Of a DNA stretch of 64,000 bases, positions 48,630 through 56,539 are shown piece by piece. Source of the DNA: Acidobacteriota bacterium. GTDB taxonomy: Bacteria; Acidobacteriota; UBA890; WLXD01. The notes under the pieces were generated by a model, which worked only from the letters and a program-made list of their open reading frames with translations, did not search any database and had not been told where the DNA came from. The position numbers and the translations under genes were made by a program. Position 1 is the first letter of the stretch, and each line of letters opens with the position of its first letter. The stretch covers positions 319,331 to 383,330 of the forward strand of contig CAXWPL010000005.1 of NCBI GenBank assembly GCA_963666215.2. The letters run 5' to 3'.

Positions 48630-49124
48630 ATGGGCAACTCGCGGGGACGAAAGTCTCAAGAAGGCTTTTCGATCATCGACCTGCTGGTCACGATGTCCAT
48701 CATGGGCATCCTCGCGAGTGCGGCCGTGCCGCAGCTGCTCATGGCGTTCGACCGCGGCCGCCAGCGGCGCACCATGGGCGAGATGCGGAATGTTGCTTCC
48801 GCGGTCGAGACCTACCACCTCGACCAGCACACCTATCCGCTCGGTCTCGGCGGACTCACCGCGCTGTTGCCTGATTACTATCAGGAAGTGCCCATTTCGG
48901 GTTGGGGAACGCCGTTCTTCTACATCGAGGGCGGCGGTTGTGTGTACTTACTGATTGATCTCGGCAGCGACGGAGCGTTCGGACCCAACCCGAGCCAGGA
49001 TCCGTGGGGTGAGAACGACTACGAGCCCGACATGTGGCACGTGAACGGCGTCTTCCTGCGGGCTCCGGGCGAGCCCGACAACATCGAGGAGATCGGGTCG
49101 ATCGCCGGCAACGCCTGTTCCTGA
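48630..49124 (+). CDS. GspG-like type II secretion pseudopilin / type IV pilin-fold protein
   Basis: ORF 48567..49124 trimmed to ATG 48630. Prepilin leader MGNSRGRKSQEG|FSIIDLLVTMSIMGILASAAVP, and a GspG-like tail (WGTPFFY ... DLGSDGAFG). Confidence 0.75.
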   Translation: MGNSRGRKSQEGFSIIDLLVTMSIMGILASAAVPQLLMAFDRGRQRRTMGEMRNVASAVETYHLDQHTYPLGLGGLTALLPDYYQEVPISGWGTPFFYIEGGGCVYLLIDLGSDGAFGPNPSQDPWGENDYEPDMWHVNGVFLRAPGEPDNIEEIGSIAGNACS

Positions 49125-49232
49125 GTCGTCCGCGGACGGCAACCCGTGAACGACGGATGTCGTGGTAGCCTGGCCAACGCTTCGAAGGTATCCCCCGGTG
49201 GGCGAGACTCGATACGACACGGTCGCATTACG

Positions 49233-49619
49233 ATGACTTCTTGGCCCGTGATCTTCAGCTCCAACTCGCTTCCGCCACGCCTGCGCACGATGGTGGTCGC
49301 GGTAGTCTTCCTGCTGGGGCTAGCCACCGCCTGCACGCAGGACGGTGCCACCCACACCATCCGCATCAGCGGTACAGAAGGCACGGCGGTCAGCGGCCAT
49401 TACATCGTGTCCACCGACGAGGTCCGCATCACCGAGCGCCTCGAGGCCAAGGTGCCGCAGACGATCGCCGTTCCCACTCCGGGCGCGACCGTCTCGTGCT
49501 TCCTGCAGAAGCAGAGCGCCTCGGGTGTTGTGCGGGTAGAGATCCTCCGCGACGACGTCATCGTGGCGTTCGGTGAAACCCGCGACCCGCACGGCATCAT
49601 TACCGTGGTTACACCCTAG
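49233..49619 (+). CDS. hypothetical small lipoprotein
   Basis: ORF 49146..49619. ATG 49233 or 49290. Lipobox-like LGLATAC after a hydrophobic stretch MVVAVVFLLG. Beta-rich mature part. No family recognised. Confidence 0.5.
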   Translation: MTSWPVIFSSNSLPPRLRTMVVAVVFLLGLATACTQDGATHTIRISGTEGTAVSGHYIVSTDEVRITERLEAKVPQTIAVPTPGATVSCFLQKQSASGVVRVEILRDDVIVAFGETRDPHGIITVVTP

Positions 49620-49653
49620 CCGCTCCGCCCGATCGCCAGCCGACGCGCCCTAG

Positions 49654-50832
49654 ATGATCGTCTCAGCGCTCGAGCGTCGCGAAACCGCAACCGAATGGGT
49701 GCTCTCGGCCCGAGTAGACTTCGAAGCCGCGCCGCAACAACGGGAGGAAGTGTGGTTTCGCTGGCCGCGCGAGATCGGCAGCCCGGCCACCGGCGGCGAT
49801 CCGCTTCTGCCAGCCTTCTTCGCACCCGCGATGGCCCTGCACGAGGACCTCCACATCGACGACGTCGTCTCGCCCGAGCTTGTCGAGGCGGCCACACAGC
49901 GGATTGAGTCCCTGCAGCTGCACGACTTCGAGCGCATGCGAGCTGCTAAGTTGCACTGCCAGCCGCCGCCAACGGCCGCTGCCGTCTCCGCAACCGACAG
50001 GCCGTCGCGTACTGCGTGTTTCTTCTCGGGTGGACTGGACTCCTGGCACTCCGCGGTGCGACGTCGGACCGAACTGGAGACGCTGCTGTTCATCCAGGGC
50101 TTCGAATACCGCCCCGACAACGCCATCCGTTCCCGCGTCGGTCGCGAGCATGTTCGGCGTCGCGCCGAATTCCTCGACGTGGAGCTTCTCACCGTCACGA
50201 CCAATCTGCGGCCGCTGGCGATTCGTGTCACCAAAGACAGGCTCCACGCCGCCGGGCGCCCCTTCGTCGGCTTCGGTACTCACGTCTACCTTGGCGCCTA
50301 TCTGGTGGCCATCGCGCTGACCGCGCGGCACCTCTTCAGCAACGTGATCGTGCCGTGCGGAATGAGCGGCTCCTCTACGGCGCGGGAAGGGTCCAGCCCG
50401 GTGATGGAGCCCAACTGGTCGACGAGCGCGATGGCCTTCGAGAGTGACGGATCGTTCACGAACCGTGTTGAGAAAACGCGTTACCTGGCGGGGGAATGCC
50501 CCGAGGCCCTCGATCTCCTGCGCGTCTGTGTAGCGCAGAGAGGCGCCGACCTCAACTGTGGCCGCTGCGGCAAGTCCGTGCGGATGCTCGCCGAGCTACG
50601 CGTGGCCGGCGTTAGCCACCTGAGCTCGGTCTGCGCGCAGCCTCTCGATCTCGCCGACATACGACCGGGAATCTGCATCCGCAACGAGCACTGGGCCGTC
50701 GTCGGTCGCGCGGCCGCGCAAGAGGGCGATCGCAAGCTGGCCTCGACGATCCGTCGCTTTCTGCGCGGCAGCCCCGCCTGGCGGCGCCCGCTCGGGCGCC
50801 TCAAACGACGTCTCCTGTCCCGCGGGGCGTGA
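49654..50832 (+). CDS. PP-loop (adenine nucleotide alpha-hydrolase) superfamily ATPase of unknown function
   Basis: 392 aa. PP-loop CFFSGGLDSW (SGGLDS at 50026-50043) follows a ~120-aa unrecognised N-domain. C-terminal Cys cluster CVAQRGADLNCGRCGKSVRML is reminiscent of QueC-like zinc sites. Confidence 0.65.
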   Translation: MIVSALERRETATEWVLSARVDFEAAPQQREEVWFRWPREIGSPATGGDPLLPAFFAPAMALHEDLHIDDVVSPELVEAATQRIESLQLHDFERMRAAKLHCQPPPTAAAVSATDRPSRTACFFSGGLDSWHSAVRRRTELETLLFIQGFEYRPDNAIRSRVGREHVRRRAEFLDVELLTVTTNLRPLAIRVTKDRLHAAGRPFVGFGTHVYLGAYLVAIALTARHLFSNVIVPCGMSGSSTAREGSSPVMEPNWSTSAMAFESDGSFTNRVEKTRYLAGECPEALDLLRVCVAQRGADLNCGRCGKSVRMLAELRVAGVSHLSSVCAQPLDLADIRPGICIRNEHWAVVGRAAAQEGDRKLASTIRRFLRGSPAWRRPLGRLKRRLLSRGA

Positions 50833-50886
50833 GGCGGCCAACCTCTTTATCCGGACCAACACCTAGGGCGCCTCGAGAAGCTGGGC

Positions 50887-52164
50887 ATGGCCAACATCCT
50901 GAGAGGCGCGCGCGCCGTTTGGCGGAAGCTGCTGTGCGGGGATGACCTCCCTTCGCCAGACTCGCTGTTCGTGCCACAAGCCGAGACCTACCACCGTGCG
51001 GAAGAGAACCGGTATCGGGTTCTGCGCGCGACCACGCAACCGCCTGACAAGCCGTTCGACGATCTGCGCTCGGCGCCGCTTCATCTGTACCGGCTGGGGC
51101 TGGTGCTCGATGCGTTGGACCTCGGCGTACGGGATGAGGTCCTCGATTTCGGCGCTGGGACGTGCTGGGTATCGAGGCTGCTGAATCGAATGGGCCTGAA
51201 GACCGTCTCGCTCGATATCTCGCAGTCAGCCGTTGACCTGGGGGCCGACGGATTCCGCGCAGATCCGCGGGTGAACTGGGACCTGGACCCCGAGTTTCTG
51301 ACCTACCGCGGCAAGGAGCTCCCCTTCGAGGATGGGCGATTCGAGACTGTCGTTTCGTATGACGCCTTTCATCATGTGCCGAACCAGATCGAAATCCTCG
51401 AGGAGTTGGGTCGAGTCACCAAGGCCGGTGGGCGCGTGGTGTTTTGCGAGCCCTTGCTGGGGCATTCGAGTACGACCCACGCCCAGCTGGAAACAGCAAC
51501 ACATGGGGTTCTCGAGCGAGATATCAGTCTCGCGGAGCTCCGAAAGGCTTCTCGTGACGCCGGGTTCACTCGCCTCGTCGTGAAGCCCTACAGCCAGGAT
51601 GCTTCCGACGAGCTCGACACCCCATCGGTTTTCCGCAATGCGGCCTTCGGCGCCGAACAGGTCGCCAAGCGCTACCTCGACAGATACTCGGTGTTCTACC
51701 TGGAGCAACGTGGAACGCGCCCATTCGACTCGACCCGACCGAGAGGACTGGCTGCCGAGATCGACGTCCGGGTAACCGGCTCAACGACGAATGCGCGAAC
51801 TTTCGAGGGCGCCCCCGGCGAGCCGATCCCACTCCAGATCACCGTCTCGAACATCGGCCAAGCCGTATGGCTTACCGACCCCGACCGCCGCGGCGGCTTT
51901 GTCAGGATCGGTGTGCAACAACTCGATAGCGCCGGGCACCTGATCAACCGCGAGTACGAACGAGTGGATCTCGGACTGCCCGTCGAACCTCTCGGCAGCC
52001 GCACGATCAGATGCGACATACCGGCACCATCGGCGCCTGGCGAGTACGTGCTGCGCTTCGACATGGTCGCTGAAAACGTAGCTTGGATGGCAGAGCTGGG
52101 ATCTCGAACCGCTGAGCTCGCATGTACGGTACGTGCCTGCGAGGAAAAAACCTTCAACAAGTAG
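50887..52164 (+). CDS. class I SAM-dependent methyltransferase with C-terminal beta-sandwich-like domain
   Basis: 425 aa. Motif I VLDFGAGTCWVS, motif post-I SLDIS, and GGRVVFCEP. The C-terminal ~135 aa are beta-rich (PIPLQITVSNIGQAVW...GEYVLRFDMV). Confidence 0.8.
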   Translation: MANILRGARAVWRKLLCGDDLPSPDSLFVPQAETYHRAEENRYRVLRATTQPPDKPFDDLRSAPLHLYRLGLVLDALDLGVRDEVLDFGAGTCWVSRLLNRMGLKTVSLDISQSAVDLGADGFRADPRVNWDLDPEFLTYRGKELPFEDGRFETVVSYDAFHHVPNQIEILEELGRVTKAGGRVVFCEPLLGHSSTTHAQLETATHGVLERDISLAELRKASRDAGFTRLVVKPYSQDASDELDTPSVFRNAAFGAEQVAKRYLDRYSVFYLEQRGTRPFDSTRPRGLAAEIDVRVTGSTTNARTFEGAPGEPIPLQITVSNIGQAVWLTDPDRRGGFVRIGVQQLDSAGHLINREYERVDLGLPVEPLGSRTIRCDIPAPSAPGEYVLRFDMVAENVAWMAELGSRTAELACTVRACEEKTFNK

Positions 52165-52180
52165 CCGCAGGAGGCACTCA

Positions 52181-52762
52181 ATGCAGGACCTTGGCGAGCT
52201 CGTAGAGCGGGTCGAGCGGCTGGAACTGGAGAACAAGCGGCTCAGGATGGTGGGTGGCGCAACTGTGGCCGTGCTCATGGCTGCCGCCCTGGTGGGTGCG
52301 GTGTCGCCGCAGGCGATCCCCGACGTCATGGCGGCGCGAGCGTTTCGAGTGATCGGCAACAACGGTACCGACCGCGCCGTGATCGACGCCGACGGCATCA
52401 GTTATCACGACGAGAATGGCATCCTGCGCGGCGCGATAAACGCCGACGGCAGCGGCTACTTCGACGAGCTTGGACGTCCGCGCGCCGGGATGACAGCCAC
52501 CGGCATCGGCTACACCGACGAGAACGGCGACACTCGCGCCGCGATGATGGACCTGGGCATCCTCTACTTCGGCGAGAACGGCGTCCTGCGCGCCTGGATG
52601 AACGGCCTCGGTGTCGCCTACTACGACGAAAACGTCAACCTCCGAGCCCGGCTCGGCGCCGCCGATCTGGCGACAGCCTCGACGGGTGTCGAGGCTCGCG
52701 TCCCTGCCGTAGTCGCGCTGTACGACGAGCAGGGCAACGTGATCTGGCGAGCACCACGCTAG
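52181..52762 (+). CDS. hypothetical coiled-coil/TM-anchored protein with ~7 tandem 17-19-aa repeats
   Basis: ORF 52133..52762 trimmed to ATG 52181, with GCAGGAGG 7 nt upstream. Starts MQDLGELVERVERLELENKRLRMVGGATVAVLMAAALVGAV, followed by repeats of the form [IV]xYxDENGxxRAxM. No family name recognised. Confidence 0.65.
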   Translation: MQDLGELVERVERLELENKRLRMVGGATVAVLMAAALVGAVSPQAIPDVMAARAFRVIGNNGTDRAVIDADGISYHDENGILRGAINADGSGYFDELGRPRAGMTATGIGYTDENGDTRAAMMDLGILYFGENGVLRAWMNGLGVAYYDENVNLRARLGAADLATASTGVEARVPAVVALYDEQGNVIWRAPR

Positions 52763-52876
52763 GAGACGAGCAGAATGTTCCGTTGCGAGCTGCCAACACG
52801 AAGTTCGAACGAGACCACCGGCGGTTGTCCGGCGCGCCGCACGCGCGGGAACCGCGCCCGACCGGAGCTGATTCCG

Positions 52877-53944
52877 ATGACCTCAGTACGCCTACTGCTC
52901 GTGTTGACGTTTCTCACCGCTGCTTGTGTACCGGAGCCGCCGGTCGAATCGACAGCGGCGACAACCGCAGACTCGGCGCAGGCGATGGAGGCCGACCCGG
53001 TCGAGAACCCGCCGGCCGACCGCTACTTCGACCCGCAAGGCCGCGTGCGCGTGTCGCTGCTGAAAATGCCCTACTCCGACGCCCGCAATGTGCCCGAGCT
53101 CTCCGGCGGCCCCGACTACATCGAGCAGGGCGGCCTCCTCGATGTACTCGAGAACATGGACGTCACGCTACGCGAGACCCAAACTGTGGCGCTTACGCCC
53201 GACCAAGCCGGCGACTACGGCGAGTGGCACCGCATGGCAATGGCGTCGGGAAACTACGGCGAGCTCGTCGCCGACAATGAGCGCGGCGGATTTCTGACTG
53301 TTGGCCTGCTGTCCAACTGCACGTCGCTTCTTGGCACGCTGTCGGGTCTGCAGCACTCGGGATCGGGCGATCAGCCGCGCAAGATCGCGATGGTCTTCAT
53401 CGATGCACACGGCGATTTCAACACCCCCGAGTCGACGCTGTCTGGAATGCTCGGCGGCATGCCTGTGGCGATCTCGGCCGGCATGTGCCTGCACAACCTG
53501 CGGCTGGAATCGGGGCTCGACCCGGCGCTGCCGAGCGAACGCATCGTTCTTGGCGCCGCTCGCGACCTCGACCCCCTCGAGCGCGAACTCGTCGAAGACT
53601 CCGACATCGTCCAGGTCAGCACCGATGACTTCCGCCAGATCTCCCCTCACCTGCTCGCTCAGATGGACCGTCTCTCGGAGATCTCCGACCTGATCTACGT
53701 CCACATCGACATGGACGTGCTCGATCCGGCGGAGGTCCCCGGCCACCCGCTGACCGTCCCGGATGGCCCCACCAGCCTGGAGCTCGGCGCCGCGCTCACC
53801 GAGATGTTCAAGTACCCCAAGGTGGCGGCACTGGGCATCGCCTCAACGCCCTGGGGTCGGCGCGATCCCGATGGTGTGTCACTGCTGGCGGCCCACAACC
53901 TGATCGAGGCCGCGGTGCAGGGCGTGCGGCTGCGACAGGAGTAA
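52877..53944 (+). CDS. exported (lipoprotein-type signal) arginase/ureohydrolase-fold enzyme
   Basis: ORF 52775..53944 trimmed to ATG 52877. Signal MTSVRLLLVLTFLTAAC. Ureohydrolase motifs VFIDAHGDFNTP, YVHIDMDVLDP and GIAS. Confidence 0.75.
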   Translation: MTSVRLLLVLTFLTAACVPEPPVESTAATTADSAQAMEADPVENPPADRYFDPQGRVRVSLLKMPYSDARNVPELSGGPDYIEQGGLLDVLENMDVTLRETQTVALTPDQAGDYGEWHRMAMASGNYGELVADNERGGFLTVGLLSNCTSLLGTLSGLQHSGSGDQPRKIAMVFIDAHGDFNTPESTLSGMLGGMPVAISAGMCLHNLRLESGLDPALPSERIVLGAARDLDPLERELVEDSDIVQVSTDDFRQISPHLLAQMDRLSEISDLIYVHIDMDVLDPAEVPGHPLTVPDGPTSLELGAALTEMFKYPKVAALGIASTPWGRRDPDGVSLLAAHNLIEAAVQGVRLRQE

Positions 53945-54098
53945 CCCATAAAGACGTTCGTTGCCGGCATGCTCTTTCACCCAGTAGCCATCGTTCGAAC
54001 CCGGGCGGCCCACCGGGGCTCGAGGAGCTCAGCGAATTCCGTGACGCGCACACCGACGCCATCGTCTCGTCCGAGCACCTGAGACCCGAGGCCCACAG

Positions 54099-54722
54099 AT
54101 GCTGCCTTTGCCGCGCAAGACTGGCCTCCCCGTCGCCTTCGGATTGCTGGCGCTCTATACGCTCGCACTCCTGTCGCTGGACCTGACGAGCGACTGGCGG
54201 CGCCTGCACGAGGACAACGGCGCGATGCACACCACCTTCGCGCTTGCCCATCTGCACCTGGGACTCGGTGAAACCCGCGGCCACGACGTCTACTACAGCC
54301 CCGACACCGAAACGGCCGCACCCTACGGTCACCATCCGCCGGCCACAGCACTGTTGCTTGCCGCCGTCTTTTCGATCACAGGTTCAGCGGCGCCCGCCGT
54401 CACCCGCCTGACGATCATCACCTTTCATCTGGCCACGCTGGCGATGTTGATCCGGCTTCTCTGTCTGGTGTCGACGCGAGCTGCCCTGTACGGCGGTTTC
54501 GTGCTCGCCACCCTGCCGATGAGCTGGTACTTCGGCCGCATGGTGAATTACGAGCCTCTTGCGCTTTGCGCCATCACGCTGCAGCTCAGCGGCTGGGTCG
54601 AGACTCGACGGACGGGATCACGCTGGGGGCTGATTCTACTCGCAGGCGGGATCGTACTGGGCGGGCTGGTGGATTGGCCGGCCTTTTTCTTCGCGGCGGT
54701 GATCGCCGGCTCGAGCTGTTAG
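54099..54722 (+). CDS. polytopic membrane protein, N-terminal half of a GT-C/ArnT-like glycosyltransferase-type protein
   Basis: 207 aa with several TM segments. HHPPATALLLAAVF and NYEPLALCAITLQL resemble the PMT/ArnT-like family. Ends at TAG 54720-22. Confidence 0.5.
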   Translation: MLPLPRKTGLPVAFGLLALYTLALLSLDLTSDWRRLHEDNGAMHTTFALAHLHLGLGETRGHDVYYSPDTETAAPYGHHPPATALLLAAVFSITGSAAPAVTRLTIITFHLATLAMLIRLLCLVSTRAALYGGFVLATLPMSWYFGRMVNYEPLALCAITLQLSGWVETRRTGSRWGLILLAGGIVLGGLVDWPAFFFAAVIAGSSC

Positions 54723-54724
54723 AT

Positions 54725-55366
54725 GTGTTCCGGGGCCGGCAACGCAGCCGGCCCGTGGCAATCACGGCGATCGCAGCCGCGTCGCTGATCTTCGCGGTGG
54801 ACATGCTGCATCTGCGCTGGGCGACCGGATCTCTGGGCCCATTGCAGAGCGTCGTACTCGACCAGGCGCTCGACGCTCCGTCGGTTTCGGTCGTGAAGTT
54901 CATCACCAGCCAGATCGAGGCCTGCCGCCACTACTTAACGAACACCGGACTGATCTCGGCGGTGCTCGTAGCGGCCGCGCTCGCCGCACCACGCTCGCGA
55001 CTGGCCGGCGCGCTGTTCTCCATCCGCCACGCGGCCATAGCCCGCCGGCTACTGGCGATAGCCGGTCTCGGCGGCGGGCTCTACATCCTGGCTGCCCCGA
55101 GCTGGGCGGCGGCACACGCCTACTGGCAGATACATTCGCTCCCCTACGTCGCGCTATCGATGGTTCTGCTACTGGCCTACGTCTGCCGGCGCGCCGTCAC
55201 AGATCGGCGCTGGCGCGTCGCCCTGATCCTGCTGGCCATCGAGATCGTCGCGATGTCGACCTACACCTTCACCCTCCGTTATCTGGACACCGAGCCCTAT
55301 GCCATCCGTATGACGGAGCACTACCGCTCGACCTACCTGACTCGGGAGGATGTCGAGCTCCGTTAG
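54725..55366 (+). CDS. polytopic membrane protein, C-terminal half of the GT-C-like unit (separate ORF or frameshifted continuation)
   Basis: Lies in the -1 frame relative to 54099..54722. A possible GTG start at 54725 (VFRGRQRSRPVAITAIAAASLIF...) is 3 nt after the upstream stop. The ORF-track frame is open from 54566. Confidence 0.45.
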   Translation: MFRGRQRSRPVAITAIAAASLIFAVDMLHLRWATGSLGPLQSVVLDQALDAPSVSVVKFITSQIEACRHYLTNTGLISAVLVAAALAAPRSRLAGALFSIRHAAIARRLLAIAGLGGGLYILAAPSWAAAHAYWQIHSLPYVALSMVLLLAYVCRRAVTDRRWRVALILLAIEIVAMSTYTFTLRYLDTEPYAIRMTEHYRSTYLTREDVELR

Positions 55367-55591
55367 CTGTCTTTTTCCAGGAAGGGGCTCACTTCGGAGA
55401 TCCATAGGCGATCGTGATGCGGAGAAGGTTCTTCGCGACGTGGTCGTTGGGTTGAGTGGGGGGGGGGCAGACACGCGGAGGCGAGCCGGATCCCCGACAC
55501 CCACGAGCACTGCGTCCAGGTGCTCGTGCCGCGACGGACGTCTCCGGAGATTCCTATGAAGCGCTCCAGCGGCCGGCGCCGCTGGCTCGCC

Positions 55592-56377
55592 TCAGCTCTC
55601 CTCCTTCACCGGCACGGTGTAGTTGAGCGGCAGGCGACCGCCGTCGGGATACACCGTTTGCCCGGTGACGTAGGAGGCGTAGTCGCTGGCCAGAAACACC
55701 GCAACCTTGGCAACCTCGTCCGCCTCGCCGAAGCGACCCAGTGGCGTGCGCGACAGGATCGTGCGCCGCGACTCCTCGCTCTTCATCACTTCGGTCAGCA
55801 TGTCGGTAGCGATCGAGCCCGGACCGATGGCGTTGACGCGAATCCCATGCGGCGCGAGCCCCAGCGCCATGGCGCGCGTGAGCTGGGTGATCCCGCCTTT
55901 TGACACCGCGTAGGGAAGCTGATCGGGGATCGCTACCACCGCGTTGGTCGACGACATGTTGATGATCGCGCCTTCGATGCCTTTATCGACCATGTGCCGC
56001 GCCACCAACCTGCTGAGCAGGAACGTGCCACGCAGGTTGACGGCTAGAACTCGGTCGAAGTCTTCAATAGAGGCGTCGAGAATCGAACCGGCGACGATGA
56101 TGCCGGCGTTGTTGAGCAGGATGTCGCATTGGCCAAAGCGATCGATGCCAGCGGCGAGCAGGCGCTCGCAATCTTCCGGCTCGCTGATGTCAGCCTTGAC
56201 CGCCAGAGCTTGGGCGCCGGTCGTTGAGGCGATCTCCTCGGCGGCGGCACGGCAGGCGTCTTCGGCAACGTCGGCGAGCACGACGGCCGCGCCATGCTCC
56301 GCGAAGGCCCTCGCGCAGGCCGCACCAATGCCACGAGCGGCGCCTGTAACGATGGCCGTCCTGCGGTTGAGGTTCAT
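55592..56377 (-). CDS. SDR family oxidoreductase
   Basis: ORF 55592..56515 trimmed to ATG 56377 (MNLNRRTAIVTGAARGIGAA...). Contains TGxxxGIG, NNAG and the YAVSK catalytic motif. Confidence 0.9.
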   Translation of the reverse strand: MNLNRRTAIVTGAARGIGAACARAFAEHGAAVVLADVAEDACRAAAEEIASTTGAQALAVKADISEPEDCERLLAAGIDRFGQCDILLNNAGIIVAGSILDASIEDFDRVLAVNLRGTFLLSRLVARHMVDKGIEGAIINMSSTNAVVAIPDQLPYAVSKGGITQLTRAMALGLAPHGIRVNAIGPGSIATDMLTEVMKSEESRRTILSRTPLGRFGEADEVAKVAVFLASDYASYVTGQTVYPDGGRLPLNYTVPVKEES

Positions 56378-56539
56378 TGTTTTCTTTCTTGTCGAGCTCG
56401 ATGGGTGTCGGCCTGGCGCACGAGCATATCTGACGATCGCGCTACAGCGGATGCAGTCGACGCAAGGGCGGCCGTGGGCTCTCCAGCCGGTCGCTCGACC
56501 CATCACCATGCCCAACCACGCTCAGGGTGGTTCCGCCGT

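Noticed and set aside
53985-54010. GTTCGAACCCGGG string resembling a tRNA T-arm
   Set aside because: The flanking sequence gives no acceptor stem, D-arm or anticodon arm, so no cloverleaf can be drawn.
55458-55467. G10 homopolymer tract
   Set aside because: It lies between the 3' ends of two convergent genes (the GT-C-like gene and the SDR), so length variation would not switch any reading frame or promoter. I note it only as a possible assembly-error hotspot.
55502-55528. Perfect 9-bp hairpin CACGAGCAC-n9-GTGCTCGTG between convergent genes
   Set aside because: It could be a bidirectional terminator, but there is no U/T tract on either side and the loop is 9 nt. That is not enough to call it.
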